Positions 33,486 through 45,075 of a DNA stretch of 64,000 nucleotides are shown piece after piece. Numbering within the stretch: position 1 is the first letter of the stretch; each line of letters begins with the position of its first letter. Position numbers and translations under genes: made by a program. The DNA is taken from contig ML996707.1 of assembly GCA_010356995.1 (NCBI GenBank), positions 1-64,000 of the forward strand, read 5' to 3'. The notes beneath the pieces are model-generated. The model had not been told where the DNA came from and did not search any database. It saw only the letters and a list, made by a program, of their open reading frames with translations. This DNA comes from Trichodelitschia bisporula. Its lineage: Eukaryota.

Positions 33486-36275
33486 ATGGCTAGTAACATG
33501 CAATTTACGGAACGCGCACAGCGCGCGCTCGCCGACGCCGGTGAGCTCGCGGAGAATTACGCCCACACTCAGATCATGCCCATCCACCTCGCTGTCTCCC
33601 TCATCGACCCTCCACCGGACCTTTCAAAGGATCAACAGAACAAAGGTCATGATTCGCACGCTGCGAATGCCGCGCCCCTCTTCCGCCAGGTCATTGAGCG
33701 CGCGCACGGCGACCCGCAGCTCTTCGACCGCGCCCTCAAGAAGTCACTCGTCCGCCTGCCGTCGCAAGATCCACCGCCGGAGCAGGTGTCAATGTCGCCG
33801 CAGTTCTCCAAGGTCCTGCGGGCCGCCAACGAGCTTCAGAAAACGCAAAAGGATAGCTTCATCGCGGTCGACCACCTTATCCAGGCGCTCGTCCAGGACG
33901 CCAACATCCAGCGCTGTCTCACCGAAGCCAACATCCCCCGTCCCAACCTCGTCGACCAGGCGATCCAGCAGATCCGCGGTACGAAGCGTGTCGACTCGAA
34001 GACGGCGGACGCTGAGCAGGAGAACGAAAACCTGAAGAAGTTCACTATCGACATGACCGCGATGGCTCGCGAAGGCAAGATTGACCCCGTCATCGGCCGC
34101 GAAGAGGAGATCCGCCGTGTTGTCCGGATCCTCTCCCGCCGCACGAAGAACAATCCCGTTCTCATCGGCGAGCCCGGCGTCGGCAAAACTACCGTTGTTG
34201 AAGGTCTGGCCCTTCGCATCGTCAACGCTGACGTGCCGGCGAACCTTTCTGCCTGCAAGCTTCTTTCACTCGACGTTGGCGCACTCGTCGCTGGCAGCAA
34301 GTACCGCGGCGAATTCGAGGAGCGCATGAAGGGTGTTCTCAAAGAGATCGAGGAATCGAAGGAGACGATTGTCCTATTCGTCGATGAGATCCATCTCCTC
34401 ATGGGTGCCGGCTCCTCTGGCGAGGGCGGCATGGACGCAGCGAACTTGCTTAAGCCGATGCTTGCCCGTGGTCAGCTGCACTGCATCGGTGCGACAACAC
34501 TCGGCGAGTACCGCAAGTACATCGAAAAGGACCAGGCATTTGAGCGCCGCTTCCAGCAGGTTCTCATCAAGGAACCCTCGATCCCCGAGACGGTGTCGAT
34601 TCTTCGCGGATTGAAAGAGCGCTACGAGACGCATCACGGTGTCACAATCCTCGACGGTGCCATCGTCGCCGCTGCCACTCTCGCGGCCCGCTACCTTACC
34701 CAGCGCCGGCTGCCCGACTCCGCAGTCGATCTCGTCGACGAGGCCGCCGCCGCCGTGCGCGTCGCACGCGAGTCGCAGCCCGAAATCCTTGATACTATGG
34801 AGCGCAGGCTGCGTCAGCTCCAGATCGAAATCCACGCGCTCGAGCGCGAGAAGGACGATGCATCCAAAACTCGGCTCAGGGAAGCCCAGGCCGAAGCCGC
34901 GAACGTCGAAGAGGAGTTGCGCCCGATTCGTGAAAAGTACGAATACGAAAAGGAGCGTAGCCGCGAGATCCAGGAGGCCAAACTGAAGCTCGACCAGCTC
35001 AAGGTCAAGCTCGCCGAGGCCGAGCGCGCGAGAGACTTCACCACTGCGTCAGACCTCCAATACTATGCGATCCCCGGCGTCCAGGAAAAGATTGAGAAGA
35101 TGGAGAAGGACAAGAGGCAGCAGGACATGGAGATGCAGGCGCGCCAAGGCAATGAGGCGCCGCTCATGACGGATTCTGTCGGGCCGGACCAGATCAACGA
35201 GATAGTCGCGCGCTGGACGGGCATCCCCGTTACGCGCCTTAAGACGTCTGAGAAGGACAAGCTGCTCCACATGGAGCGCGCTCTCACTCACACGGTTGTC
35301 GGCCAGAACGAAGCGGTCAAGGCCGTCTCCAACGCCATCCGCCTTCAGCGCTCCGGCCTCGCCAACCCGAACCAGCCGCCGAGCTTCCTCTTCTGCGGTC
35401 CGTCCGGCACCGGTAAGACGCTTCTCACTAAGGCGCTCGCTGAATTCCTCTTCGACGACCCCAAGTCGATGATCCGCTTTGACATGTCCGAATACCAGGA
35501 GCGCCACTCGCTCAGTCGCATGATCGGTGCCCCGCCCGGGTACGTCGGGCATGACGCCGGTGGCCAACTGACGGAGGCGCTGCGGCGGCGTCCATTCTCG
35601 ATTCTGCTCTTTGACGAGGTCGAGAAGGCGGCGAAGGAAGTGCTGACCGTCTTGCTGCAGCTCATGGACGACGGGCGCATCACTGACGGACAGGGCCGCG
35701 TCGTGGACGGGAAGAACTGTATCGTTGTCATGACGTCAAATCTTGGCGCCGAGTATCTCTCGCGGCCGAACTCGCCGGACGGCAAGATCGACCCGACGAC
35801 GCGCGAGATGGTGATGACGGCATTGCGCAACTACTTTCTGCCCGAGTTCCTGAACCGCATCTCGAGCATCGTCATCTTCAATCGGTTGACTCGGCGCGAG
35901 ATTCGCAAGATTGTCGACCTGCGCATCACCGAGATCCAGAAGCGCCTCAAGAACAACGGCCGCGATGTCACCATCGTTATGTCGGACGAGGTGCGCGACT
36001 ACCTCGGGTCGGCCGGGTACTCGCCGGCGTACGGCGCGCGTCCCCTTGCCCGTCTCATCGAGAAGGAGGTGCTCAACCGCATGGCCGTGCTCATCCTGCG
36101 TGGCGGCATTCGCGATGGCGAGCGTGCGCACGTGGTGCTTGAGAACGGGCACGTTCAGGTGGTGCCTAATCACGGCGACACGGAGCTGGAAAGCGACGAT
36201 AGCGAGATGTACGACGACGAGGATGCGGTGGATGAGATTGTGGACGATGACGCGGACATGGAGCTGTACAATTAG
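33486..36275 (+). CDS. HSP104: Hsp104/Hsp98 (ClpB-type) disaggregase, intronless
   Basis: Two AAA+ modules: GEPGVGKTT / VLFVDEIH and GPSGTGKT / [22 protein letters not shown]; acidic C-terminal tail. Confidence 0.97.
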   Translation: MASNMQFTERAQRALADAGELAENYAHTQIMPIHLAVSLIDPPPDLSKDQQNKGHDSHAANAAPLFRQVIERAHGDPQLFDRALKKSLVRLPSQDPPPEQVSMSPQFSKVLRAANELQKTQKDSFIAVDHLIQALVQDANIQRCLTEANIPRPNLVDQAIQQIRGTKRVDSKTADAEQENENLKKFTIDMTAMAREGKIDPVIGREEEIRRVVRILSRRTKNNPVLIGEPGVGKTTVVEGLALRIVNADVPANLSACKLLSLDVGALVAGSKYRGEFEERMKGVLKEIEESKETIVLFVDEIHLLMGAGSSGEGGMDAANLLKPMLARGQLHCIGATTLGEYRKYIEKDQAFERRFQQVLIKEPSIPETVSILRGLKERYETHHGVTILDGAIVAAATLAARYLTQRRLPDSAVDLVDEAAAAVRVARESQPEILDTMERRLRQLQIEIHALEREKDDASKTRLREAQAEAANVEEELRPIREKYEYEKERSREIQEAKLKLDQLKVKLAEAERARDFTTASDLQYYAIPGVQEKIEKMEKDKRQQDMEMQARQGNEAPLMTDSVGPDQINEIVARWTGIPVTRLKTSEKDKLLHMERALTHTVVGQNEAVKAVSNAIRLQRSGLANPNQPPSFLFCGPSGTGKTLLTKALAEFLFDDPKSMIRFDMSEYQERHSLSRMIGAPPGYVGHDAGGQLTEALRRRPFSILLFDEVEKAAKEVLTVLLQLMDDGRITDGQGRVVDGKNCIVVMTSNLGAEYLSRPNSPDGKIDPTTREMVMTALRNYFLPEFLNRISSIVIFNRLTRREIRKIVDLRITEIQKRLKNNGRDVTIVMSDEVRDYLGSAGYSPAYGARPLARLIEKEVLNRMAVLILRGGIRDGERAHVVLENGHVQVVPNHGDTELESDDSEMYDDEDAVDEIVDDDADMELYN

Positions 36276-36382
36276 ATTTTCGCGGAGGAGCACTAAATGT
36301 TTTCAGATGGGCGTTTAGCGGTTACGGCTTATGAGACATGATCACGACGTAGAAAGCTAATACAAGCTTGACATAAATTGAA

Positions 36383-36567
36383 CTGCTTCGCGAGTGAATT
36401 TGACCGCCCCGAAAGTAGCACCAGAAGAATTTGTTCTGCGCAGGGTACCTATGCCAGAGGGGAGACTGGCCCAAGACCATGCTCCATATCCTCCTCCAAG
36501 AATAGCCCGGTTCTTCCGGAGCCAAGTCCGTGGAGCTATTTCAGGCACGAATTATTCCGCGATGCCG
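36383..36567. repeat. Degenerate inverted repeat (fold-back) between convergent genes
   Basis: Colinear arm matches: ctgcttcgcg / cgcgatgccg; cccgaaagtagcacca / tggagctatttcagg; gaatttgttctg / cggagccaagtc; centre ~36470-36483. Confidence 0.6.
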
Positions 36568-36679
36568 GCGAAAATCCACACGCGCTCCATTCTTGGTTAA
36601 ACAATAATAGACATACAATGTACGCTCCAACCTGAATATGTACAAGTAAACGGCCATGATTCAAACTCCGCTAACGCTC

Positions 36680-37102
36680 CTAGCATCCCCCACGCTTCGG
36701 CACCAATCTGTCGTCATTAGCAAGCATCCCATACCCCATCGCAGAAAAGACCCACGTGAAGCTCATATATTTATTATTCGTAACCCCACCCCTCTCACAC
36801 GAGTCCACATTCGTATTGTACCGGTCCAGGCACTCGTCGTACTCGAGCTTGTACCGTCCCGTGCCCGCGGGATCCTGATCCATAACGGCGAAGAACTCGT
36901 AGCCTTGCCCGCGAGCACCGGGCACACACAGTGTACGGGCCTCGTGCAGCTGGAACGTGTTTTGGGAGGCCGTTTTACATGCGTTCTTCACCGCGCGGAA
37001 GGCATCCTGCTTGTCGTTCCACTTTTCCTGGCGCTCGTTCGAGGGGTAGCAGCGTGCGGCGGCGAGGGGGAGGAGCGCAAGGAGCACGGAGAGGAGACGC
37101 AT
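36680..37102 (-). CDS. Small secreted cysteine-rich protein (6 Cys, ~124 aa after splicing), effector-like
   Basis: Signal MRLLSVLLALLPLAAA; probable in-frame 48-nt intron 36708-36755 (GTGGGT...GCTAAT...CAG); ends CERGG...FTLVPKRGGC*; TATATA ~100 bp upstream. Confidence 0.8.
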   Translation of the reverse strand: MRLLSVLLALLPLAAARCYPSNERQEKWNDKQDAFRAVKNACKTASQNTFQLHEARTLCVPGARGQGYEFFAVMDQDPAGTGRYKLEYDECLDRYNTNVDSCERGGVTNNKYMSFTWVFSAMGYGMLANDDRLVPKRGGC

Positions 37103-38392
37103 GGTGAAGGAAGTGAGAGTGGTGTGTAAAGAGCGTGAGTCGTAGGGTGGCGTGAAGTGAACGTCGTAAGATGTCGACCCTCGACGTTGCGGCCACGACT
37201 GCTATATATCCCCCGCTCGGGCAATAAATTCATATCGACGCCCCCTCTCTCGTTGGGCGGAAAAACTGGGCACAACGGCTCGATGGGCAACGTCACAGCT
37301 CCCATATGGGGGACAACAATAGCGACGCTACTGCCTGAACCGGTACTCTCACATCACACGCGGTGCGGAAGATCCGGCTTCATCTCGCTGATCCAGGTAT
37401 CCGGCGCTGGTTATCGTAGGACCGCTTGGCTGGGCGCGGGCGTGAGATGCAGGTACGGATTGCAAATCGGGAGCGTGCTGTGCAGGGCAATTTCCGGCAG
37501 ATCGCTGCGTGGGGCGTGCCGAGGTATATTGCCCGGCTGCTGGCCGAGCACGAGCATCCGTGGAACGGACGGCGCGTCGGGGTGGTGTTGATGCTGGAGG
37601 GTGAGCGTTCAATGTGAATGGCTCTAATGATGTTGGGGAACGTATTATCGATCGCGAATGCGTCGCTCAGAATTTCGTCGTCGCTCAGAATTTGTACGCC
37701 ACTCAGAGGCCAAATGAAGTCGAACGCCGTGTGTCGGCCACCGTCATCAGCCTTGTAGGGACGTTAATGAGGGCAGATAGCCGAGCCGCCAGCGATATCT
37801 CGGCGCCGGGGGTCCACGTACGCATGCGTCCCGTCGCCGATAGTTAAGCGGAATCTCTGTGAGCCAAGCGGACGGTGTACCGCAGGTTGCGTCCGATATC
37901 ATGAAGGGCGGGGAAAGGTGTGGCAGGTGAAAGGCCAATTTTGGAAGCTCGATCCGATTGCGGTGGTTTGGCGATCCTGCCATGTGGTCTGATGGTGTAG
38001 ACTCTCATCCGCTCCCTCGCTCCCTCGGTCCTGCGTGCTGCTTCCGTCAGTATCGAAGATGCATTGAATATTAGGACCGTGGCCAGAAGTCTTGCACTCG
38101 AAGGCTGGCGGGGATGATGACGCCCATAGTGATAACCATCTCCATTCTGCGCCTCCCATCGTGATAACGTTACAGTAAACCAGATCAAAGCTCCCCCCAC
38201 AATTACCCGAGTCTCAAACACCACAACGCCGCCGCAAGCATCGTATCGGTACACAGAAAAAACTCCGTAGCACAGTACCGTAATCCAGAATGCCACGCAA
38301 GGCCAAATTCCCCGTCGGTGCCACAAGTATTTTGAGCTAGTAGCACACCAGTAGTAATGTGTCGGCCCGTCTCGTAGGTTCAATGTCGTCAA

Positions 38393-38992
38393 CTAAACCC
38401 CCACCTCGCCCTCATCCATGAGGAACTCGGCCTCCTCAAAGTCCTCGGTCGCAGCAGGCCTCTGAACCCGGCGCCTCATCTGCGCGTATACACGCCCCTC
38501 CACCGGATCGACAATTTCCTCGTCCTTGTCACCATCCTCGTCTTCGTCCTCGTCATCTGCGCACCGCTTCCGCGCCCCCTTGACAGCGTCCTCTTCCTGC
38601 ACACTAACATTGCTCTCCTGGGACCCCATCCACTCCTCGCCGAAGCCATCGACGCTTTGCTCCATCCCGCCAACCTTCAGAAGCCCGCAGTAGGGCACTA
38701 GTTCACGCGGCCGCTGGGGTGGGGCCCTAAGCATCCCGATGTCGCGCTCTGAGGTGCTGTCTAGGCTCTTCGCTGCCGTGGTCTTGTGCGTCTTGTAGCC
38801 CTCCGGCACCGCCTTACGGATCCGCATCCCGACGGTCAACAGCGAGGCCTGCACCGCGTCGGGCAAGACTGGAGCCGAGGGCGGTGGAGCAGCTTGACTG
38901 CGAAAGGTGTCGGCGTCGACGGGTGAGAAGAAGGACGTAATCGAGGGTTGGTAGGGGCGCTTGTTGCGGTGAGTAGAAGTAGCGGACGGCAT
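38393..38992 (-). CDS. Ribonucleotide reductase inhibitor, Spd1/Dif1/Hug family
   Basis: HUG-type motif VQASLLTVGMRIRKAVPEGYKT, PIP-box-like QPSITSFF, acidic C-terminus EDFEEAEFL; likely start ATG 38992. Confidence 0.85.
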   Translation of the reverse strand: MPSATSTHRNKRPYQPSITSFFSPVDADTFRSQAAPPPSAPVLPDAVQASLLTVGMRIRKAVPEGYKTHKTTAAKSLDSTSERDIGMLRAPPQRPRELVPYCGLLKVGGMEQSVDGFGEEWMGSQESNVSVQEEDAVKGARKRCADDEDEDEDGDKDEEIVDPVEGRVYAQMRRRVQRPAATEDFEEAEFLMDEGEVGV

Positions 38993-39224
38993 CGTTACGT
39001 CGGAGGCTGTATTGAAAGTTGCTGTTGGAGCAGAAGGTTGCCAGACGGCGATAGTTGTTTGCTTGCTGGCCTTTGCGTCTTCTTCGCAGGTTTGGAGAGT
39101 TTGGGGCTTGAAGTGTAATGCGGGGGTGTCGTGGAGGTGGGTGGTCGAAGTGAGGTCACCGTGGCTGAACCCGTTGGCCGGGCACCGTGCAGGGAAGGCG
39201 CGAGGCAGCCGCGACTTCAAAGTT

Positions 39225-39242
39225 ACGCGTACGCGACGCGCG
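39225..39242. promoter_or_regulatory. MCB (ACGCGT)/CGCG cluster upstream of the RNR inhibitor gene
   Basis: acgcgt-acgcg-acgcg-cg about 235 bp upstream of the ATG. Confidence 0.6.
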
Positions 39243-39860
39243 CCTATGACTCGCCACGACGTCGCCGGTCACGAGCGGTGCATTTCAATAAATATCGGTA
39301 AATTCATCCATTGTAGAATTGCAGCCAGTTGCAGCCATCATCGTGGCCAACTGACCAGTAACACCGGTATCTCTCTTTAACGAGCCAAACCGTACGCCTA
39401 CATCCGTCCTTCATCCGTCCGAAAGGCAATACGTCTATCACCTGTACCACCATAACCCATCGAGACGTTGAGGTCTACATATCCACCGCCGCCTTAAAGC
39501 GGCTCCACAAAGAAACAGCACCAAAAAGGCAAACAAAGAGCGTAATGTGAGCAACAGAGTGCTATGAGCGACAAAGCGGTGCTGGTGTAGTGGAGCGACA
39601 AAAACACTGGGGCAACCTCGAACACCGTACAATCTATGTGGAGGTTTGTGCATGGGAGCGAGGACGGGAACGACGACGGGGAGACGGGAACGGGAGGTGC
39701 GGCAGGGAGGACAGAGGGCAAGGAAAACGTGAGCAAGGCAGGATCGTGCAAGACTGTAACTGTGATTGTGCAGTGACTGGATTGCAGATATGGATGGCTA
39801 CATAACATCGGTACGACAAGGTCTATGATGTTCGTGGTGCAGGTGCTCTGCTCAGGTGCT

Positions 39861-39895
<35 letters not shown>

Positions 39896-39955
39896 CGGTG
39901 GTGATGAGTGGGGTGATGAGTGGGGTGATGAGTGGGGTGATGAGTGTGGTGATGC
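39861..39955. repeat. G35 homopolymer followed by (GTGATGAGTGGG)n 12-bp repeats
   Basis: 35 consecutive G at 39861-39895, then about 4 copies of the 12-mer. Confidence 0.9.
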
Positions 39956-40154
39956 GGGGGGCTCGGGGCGGGGATAGCAGCTGTCGCGGGGATAGCAGTC
40001 GTTGCAATGGCCGTCGCGAAAGGCAGTCGTCGCTATGTCGTCGTGAACGCCGGCGAGGCCTGGCGACGTGACCACTCGGTGTTGGCTCTGGCCTGGGTGC
40101 GACAAGGCAGCCGTGACAAGCAGCCGCGACAGCAGCCGCGGAGAACGGACTCGC

Positions 40155-43100
40155 CTAAGGCATGATTTGTCCGCTGGCACCGCCTGAGGAAGTTAGTACT
40201 AGCCAAAATGCATCAGCGCCAGCGAGTCATCCTCGTCCGGCAGCCCTATCCGCCGTTAGCAAGCCACTACGTGCCAAAAATTTCCAATTTTTTTGTTGCG
40301 TCAGGCAGTTATCAGTGGCGTGCTACGACGGAAGAGGCCATATTCCGCTCCATACATACCGGTTTGGCGCTTGATCTGCTCGCGCGCCCAGCGGGCTGTT
40401 TGGTTGGTGCGGTCCGAGTAGTCGCGGTTCGCACGCGCCTCTTTGACCATTTGCGACAGCCAGTCCTGGCGGAAGAATTCGGTGAACTCGCCGTTGGGGA
40501 ACGCCTCGGAGATGTCACTGTGCGGTTAGCGTTGCTGTTCATGTATTCAAATCCGGGGACTCACCCAATCACGCCCATTGATGACCGCAGCAGCGCCTCC
40601 GTGCGGTGCATGTCCTGGTACACAATGTGCAGCAGGCCGAAGATATGCTCCACGTACGGGGCCATTGCCGCTGCCTTGCCTCCTGTCTTCATGGCCACAA
40701 TCGCGCCGTCCCATGCGTCCATGATGCCCTCGCGCAGCGACGCAACGTACTCGACCATCTCGTAGCCGTGGTCTGGCCCGGCGTTCACTAATGACGCCTG
40801 CTGCAGCACCTGCGCAACGATCGGCAGATACGCCTCGAAGTGGCCGCCGATCGCCTGCGCAATGTCGCCGAAGCACTGCAGGATAGCCGGTTTGAATTGC
40901 TGGTTGAGCGCCTGGCTCTGTCTACGGTCAGCATGGATTACGGAAAGGATAGTCCACCCCACCTGCAGGTCCTGCAGAAGCCGGTTCATGAAACCGTCGC
41001 ACCACGGCTGCACCTGCTCGTTCAGCGCGCGCGTGATGTCGCTGACGAGCCCGATCGACATCGAGCACAGGCTGGGCTCGTCGTGGTTCTCGAGGCCCTT
41101 GTAAAGATACGGCGAGAAGGCTTCCATGTACGGTAGGAAGTTCACCTCGAGCGAATTCGCGAGCGCGCCAATAGCCGCAAAAACAGTCTCTGGCACGCTC
41201 GACTTGGCGTTGCTGCTGTTAAGAAGAGCAAGCGACGTGCTCATGATGCGGTCCGCGAGCGGCTTGATCTCGCCCTCAAGACGCTGGATGATGGCCATCA
41301 TGACACTCACAAGGCTCGTCTGCATATCATCGAGCAGATTCTTGTCCTCGAAGCTTACAACCTGCTGGCGCAGCGGGATCGTCTTCTCGAGGCGTTCGAG
41401 GATGACGGTCGACAGGCTCGCCACCATCTGCAAGCTGTCATTCGCCGCGTTAGTGACGAAAGCGTTGAGCACCTCATAGGCGGCGGTGCGCAGTGTGTTG
41501 TCGGTGTCGGGTCTGCATCGTTAGCACTATTATCAGCGGGGAGACGCGTACTTACCGCTCCGTCACCTGCAGCAGATGCGTCAGGCTCGCCTCAAAGTGC
41601 GGGGTCAGGGCGTTCTGCTGGCTGCCGGGCTCGCCCGAGAAGCGCTCCGCCAGGTTCATCAACGCCCAGCAGCACGACGACGCCATCTTTGGGTGACTCG
41701 ACAGGCCCTCGAAGAAGGCGGTGATCAGCGGCGCGAGCAGCATGGGGTCGACCGACTCGGAACACAATTCGCAGATGCGACCGAGCGCGTACGCGGCCGA
41801 GTCCTTGACCTGGACGACGCTGTCGCTCATCGTGGCGATCAGCACGGGAAGCGCTTGCTTCACAATGGGGTCGAGCATCTTCTCGTCCGGCCCCTCAAGG
41901 ATGGCGCCGAAGGCCGACACTGCGGCGTCGCGGAAGTGCCAGTCGTCAGCGCGCAGGTGCGTCTCGACGAACCCGAGCACCGGCTGCACGATGGTATTCC
42001 CGACGGCCTGGGCCCACAGCTGCAGGCACTGGTATGCGGCGCGCGAGACGTTGTACTCGTCGTCGGTCGCGTCCTCGTCCTGCTTCGTCAGCAGCTCGAG
42101 AAGCACCGGCACGACTTCAGTGGTTGCGATGCGCGCAAAGTTGAAGTACTCGCGCAGCTCGGTCGAGCCCTCCGCCTGGGCCTGGAAACGTCAGTATTGG
42201 CGCACTACCACAAAAAAAGTATCGCTCACCTGCTGGTTGTCATCCTCAATCGTGACCTCCTCCTCGCAGACCGTGCACCAGAACTCGACGGCGAGCTTCG
42301 CTACGTCTTCCTCCTCGCTACGCATGCCCTGCACGGTCAGGCCGAACAGCGCCTTCTCCATGTAGAATTTCATCTTGTCATAGTACAGGCTCATGATGCG
42401 GTTCAGGCAGCCATACGCGCCCTGCTGGATTCGCGAGTCATCGGCCTGCGTAGCCTCACAGATGACCTGCATGATGTAATTGCGCTCGCCCTCGTTTTCA
42501 AAGTTGGATCGTACAAACTCAAGCGAGTCGCTCAGCGCAGTGATGGCAGCATTACGCACGTCATCGTTCTGTTCCTCCTTACGCGCACCCTGGATGACGG
42601 CGGTCAGGATGGCGTTGGAGTGCGCTGCCAACGACTCGCGCAGGTCCTGGTCCTCCGCCTCGCAAATGTAGCCGATGGTCGTCAGCGACGCCTGTTTCTG
42701 GTGAGCAGCGCCGCTACCCACGCTCTCGACAAGGGTGGGCATCAGCTCCGGCCACATGTTGCGGGGGATCTCGATGGCGGCAATCGCAGAGATGAACTGC
42801 GCCGCAGCCTGACCCGCACGGGAGTCATTGGATGTAAGCGTCTTGAGCGCAAGTGCCTTGACATTCGTCTTAACGGAACCGTCGATCTGCGTCAACCAGC
42901 GCTCCTGCACCTGGCGCAGACGCATAAGGTTGCGGGCGGAAAAGGAGTTTTTCAGCGCGAGACCCGCGGCGACACGGATATTGGGGCCGGCATCATCGTT
43001 GGCGAGCTCGTGGGCGAGCCGCGAGAGGTAGCCCGACTACGAGGCAGGGTCAGCATTGGGGAACCTAGAGAGGGTCAAATGACGTACAAAGTCGGCTTCA

Positions 43101-43233
43101 GCGGCCTGGTTGAGTTGAGTCTCGGACCTCAAGCGCACTTCGGCATCTGGAGGCGGTCAGCAGGTAGCGACGGAAAGGGACGGAAGAACAAACTCGGTGA
43201 GAGGGTGCCTTCGAGCACGGCGTTGACGTCCAT
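40155..43233 (-). CDS. KAP95: Importin subunit beta-1 (karyopherin beta 1), multi-exon
   Basis: MDVNAVLEGTLSP...; ENEGERNYIMQVICEATQ, AVEFWCTVCEEE, DWHFRDAAVSAFGAILEGP, KPAILQCFGDIAQAI. Last intron 40184-40359 (TACTAAC branch) gives C-terminus KRQTGGASGQIMP*. Confidence 0.96.
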
Positions 43234-43901
43234 GATGATAGATGGGGGCGTGTTCACCGTCTTCAGGCAGTTGAAAGGGGAGAATATGTGGGTGGGGGTG
43301 CAGAGGTGTGTCTCTAGGATACGAGTTTAGGCGGGAGGTTGAAATGTGTACATGCAACCACGAGCACCCGTGATCAAAAGGGGAATGTTGACGGTCGACG
43401 GTCGAAGGAGGGAGGGGAAAGACGAAGTCTGGTGTAGTAGGGATTGTAAAAGGCAGAGAATCAAGAAGCACAAAGATCAGTGCGGGAAGCGAGAGCGTAA
43501 AGTTGAAGCAGTAAAGTGTAGCTGTGGGGTTGCTGGAGAGTTGGAGAGTTCGTTGTTGAGGATGGAGGTGTAAAGAGAAGTGCGTTTCGGGGGTGTGGGG
43601 CGGGGCGGGTGAGTTGAGAGAGAGTCCTGCAAAAAGGTCTTGGAAGCTGGAAGGCACGGCCGGGTTCAGGCAGCGAACCTGCGGAAAGAAGGCAGGCGCG
43701 GTGAGTGTGGGCGGCGAAGACGTCAAGGGCTGTCTGCGATTTCCCTTAGGGGGGTAGAGATGAGGAGGGGGGGGGGGGAAAGGAAGGGAGGGGGGAGGGG
43801 AAAAGCAGTCCAAGCGGATAATAGGCAGTCAGGCAATAATAATGGACGGTGTGGGAGCAGCGACTACTGCGTACGCACGTGAAGCTCCAGGCGCGCGTCT
43901 C

Positions 43902-43977
43902 CACACACACACATACACACACATACACACATACACACATACACACACACACACACACATTCACACACACACGCACA

Positions 43978-44016
<39 letters not shown>

Positions 44017-44032
44017 GCGCACACACACACAC
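43902..44032. repeat. Long imperfect (CA)n microsatellite (~130 bp)
   Basis: Directly visible; lies upstream of importin beta. Confidence 0.95.
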
Positions 44033-44748
44033 AACAGTTGCCCATATCAATGCATCAACAATGTTCCCTTGATTCTACGGATTACTGAGTACTGAATCTT
44101 ACTATAAACTACTACCGCCATTCTGTCATCTGTCTCTCTGATTCGCTCCGACACTCTCCGCCTCTTGTCTTCTCATGTGCTGACAGTCTACTGTACACAC
44201 TACTACGAGATCGCTCACGTCGTCGAGGCAATAATGGAGACGAAAGCAGTGAGTCAACCCTCAAAAAGTGGGTGCCGACCGCAAGCCCGCCCACACACAC
44301 TGCAGACGCCAGATGCCAGACGCAGACCGCAAATTTGAACCTCTGCCCTGCGCGGCTCTCTGTGTGGGGTGGAGCCTAACCTAGCCGACGAACGAAGTAC
44401 ATCCGTATAGCGGGCCTATGGGAACAGCAGCGTATGCTTCGGTAGACAAATAATAGCGCGCAAGTCGCCGAACCCAGCCGCATGTCCTTTGGAGGGGTGA
44501 TTGGCTGTGTCGCATAGGAGGTGCTTCTAGAAACCCACTGGTTATTCACTTCTTTTGTCTGCCATTTGTTGCCCTGCGCGCATGTGTCCGGGCGAATATG
44601 CTCCTCTCCATCAGACCGCCGCAGACCACCGCAGACCGTCGCCATTAGGTTCCACAGCATTATGTACTCTAGAAACAAACGAGTATCCCGAAATGCTTCC
44701 CTTCGCTAGACGCCGTGTATCCGTGTAGACAGATGCGCTCCTACAAGA

Positions 44749-44820
44749 CTCTCCATGCCACTCTCCATGCCACTCTCCGTGCCGCTCTCCGTGCCGCTCT
44801 CCGTGCCGCTCTCCATGCCC
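44749..44820. repeat. Six tandem 12-bp units CTCTCCRTGCCN
   Basis: ctctccatgcca x2, ctctccgtgccg x3, ctctccatgccc. Confidence 0.9.
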
Positions 44821-45075
44821 TCTATCGCAGTTGTCCACCTCATGCTTTTATTATATCCCAGCGCAGACACTAGACTAAAGAGCAGGCTGCTGAAAGCGAG
44901 CTACAAAAGACTCGAGTGGTGAAAATGTACATCCGTGAAGTCTCACCATCCATGAAGACCTACCATACCCATGAATTTACTCGGCTTTTCACATTGTGAC
45001 CAACCACCACAGATTCGGGCCCCTTCTCATCACTCCATCATACCACAGTCCTTCATATCTCCAGCACTAATTGTG

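Noticed and set aside
39900..39945. Repeated TGATGA as snoRNA C boxes
   Set aside because: Part of a simple 12-bp tandem repeat, with no D box/terminal stem arrangement
39494..40180. 228-aa Pro-rich ORF
   Set aside because: Arises from the G35 tract and 12-bp repeats in the importin-beta 3' region; no recognisable domain
41576..43330. Long antisense ORFs (also 11965-13362 and 25159-26364)
   Set aside because: Shadow frames of GC3-rich genes on the opposite strand
43746..44088. His/Thr and Cys/Val-rich ORFs
   Set aside because: Translations of the (CA)n microsatellite
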